From an uncultured Actinomycetota bacterium (lineage in GTDB: Bacteria; Actinomycetota; Actinomycetes; Mycobacteriales; QHCD01), in NCBI GenBank assembly GCA_963775655.1, contig CAVZJT010000010.1, positions 192,270-256,269 on the forward strand: a DNA stretch of 64,000 nucleotides, read 5' to 3'. Under the pieces are notes generated by a model. That model was not told where the DNA came from and made no database searches. It was given only the letters and a program-made list of their open reading frames with translations. The first letter of the stretch is position 1, and each line of letters starts with the position of its first letter. Shown here piece after piece: positions 63,182 to 64,000 of the stretch. A program made the position numbers and the translations under genes.

Positions 63182-64000
63182 CCGGTGGGATGACTGCTGG
63201 GATGACCGGTGGGACCCACCACCACGAGGCGGTGATCGGCACCGTCGCCGGGCGAGGAGTGCCCGCGGAGCTGCTGGAGCAGCGGCTCACCGCGATGTAT
63301 GCCTCTCCGGCGGCGGTGGCGCTGCCCGCGCGCGGCGACATGGAGTGGCGGCGGCTGCGCCGGTGGGTCGCCCAGCTGCTTCTCACCGAGGCACTTGTCC
63401 AGGCTGAGGCGGACCGGCTCGGCGTCACCGCCGAGGCGGCGCCGCCGGCCGACGTCGCCGAGGCGGTCCGGCTGGCGGCCACCGGAAGTCTCGCGGCCGC
63501 GGCGCTGTCGGCCCAGCCGCTGGCCCGCGCGCTCTTCGACCGGGTGGCCAGGGACATCGACGTCGACGAGTCCGCCGTACGTGCCTATTACGACCGCAAC
63601 CCGGACCGGTGGCGGCGGCCGGCCCGGTGCCGGCTGCGCCACCTGCTCGCCGACGACGAGGACAGCGCACGCCGGGCCATCGACCGGCTCGACCGGGACG
63701 GCGAGGTGTGGTCGCGGCCGGTCGACGATCTGCCGCGTCCACTCGGTGCCGCGATCGCCGGCGCCGAGCGCGGGGCGGTCGTCGGCCCGGTCGCCTCGGC
63801 GTTCGGCTGGCACGTCGTCCGGGTCGACGACGTGAGTGCGGCCGGGATCGCGCCGTACGACGAGGTGCGGCCGGGCATCGCCGACACGCTGCGCAAGTCA
63901 GCCCAGGCCGACTACTTCGAGCGCTGGCTCGAGCGCCGCCGACGCGAGCAGGTCGACGTCGCCGAGGGCTACGAGCACCCCGGCAGCCCCAACCAGCCCG
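63178..64000 (+). CDS. Parvulin-type peptidyl-prolyl isomerase-like protein (partial, runs off the window)
   Basis: Not in the ORF track because no stop falls inside the window. ATG at 63178 overlaps the mannosidase stop (ATGA). Translation is MTGGMTAGMTGG...YYDRNPDRW...GPVASAFGWHVVRVDDV, and G/C3 bias holds throughout. Confidence 0.55.
   Translation, partial: MTGGMTAGMTGGTHHHEAVIGTVAGRGVPAELLEQRLTAMYASPAAVALPARGDMEWRRLRRWVAQLLLTEALVQAEADRLGVTAEAAPPADVAEAVRLAATGSLAAAALSAQPLARALFDRVARDIDVDESAVRAYYDRNPDRWRRPARCRLRHLLADDEDSARRAIDRLDRDGEVWSRPVDDLPRPLGAAIAGAERGAVVGPVASAFGWHVVRVDDVSAAGIAPYDEVRPGIADTLRKSAQADYFERWLERRRREQVDVAEGYEHPGSPNQP

Overview
This is a very GC-rich actinobacterial core-chromosome segment; third codon positions are almost always G/C. 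Gene content and order resemble, as far as I recall, M. tuberculosis Rv0474-Rv0500A and Rv0811c-Rv0822c, and the mycothiol genes mshA and mshD are present. About 68 protein-coding genes can be supported. They are tightly packed, with many 1-4 nt stop/start overlaps (ATGA, GTGA, TGATG). Main themes: (1) phosphate control (senX3-regX3, phoU, pstSCAB, ppx); (2) mycothiol, redox and sulfur transfer (mshA, mshD, and a thioredoxin / DUF4395 / rhodanese / SseC / nitrobindin operon); (3) the nitrogen regulator glnR; (4) housekeeping genes (cysS, rlmB, proC, murB, gpmA); (5) a fluoride module (riboswitch plus crcB-DUF190-crcB); (6) envelope genes (LCP, polysaccharide deacetylase, GT-C glycosyltransferase, HbhA-like protein); (7) a 1431-aa GH38 mannosidase. 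I saw no rRNA, tRNA, CRISPR array, transposase or integrase. Non-genic signals are: two families of dispersed palindromic repeats (one shows compensatory stem changes); Cys-containing upstream mini-ORFs ahead of the sulfur operon; GTTCAC direct repeats at pstS and phoU/senX3; a terminator-type attenuator in the sugE leader; and a 320-bp lower-GC orphan intergenic region. Four loci show reading-frame anomalies: senX3/regX3 without an intervening stop, a serpin, a DUF222-HNH gene, and both ends of the LCP gene. From a single sequence these cannot be separated into true pseudogenisation versus single-base assembly errors. I did not find a convincing multi-gene novel system such as a defence island. 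The most novel-looking items are the repeat families and the cis-elements. Long Arg/Pro/Gly/Ala-rich ORFs antisense to recognisable genes were treated as GC artefacts. All family assignments come from motif recognition by eye, not database searches.
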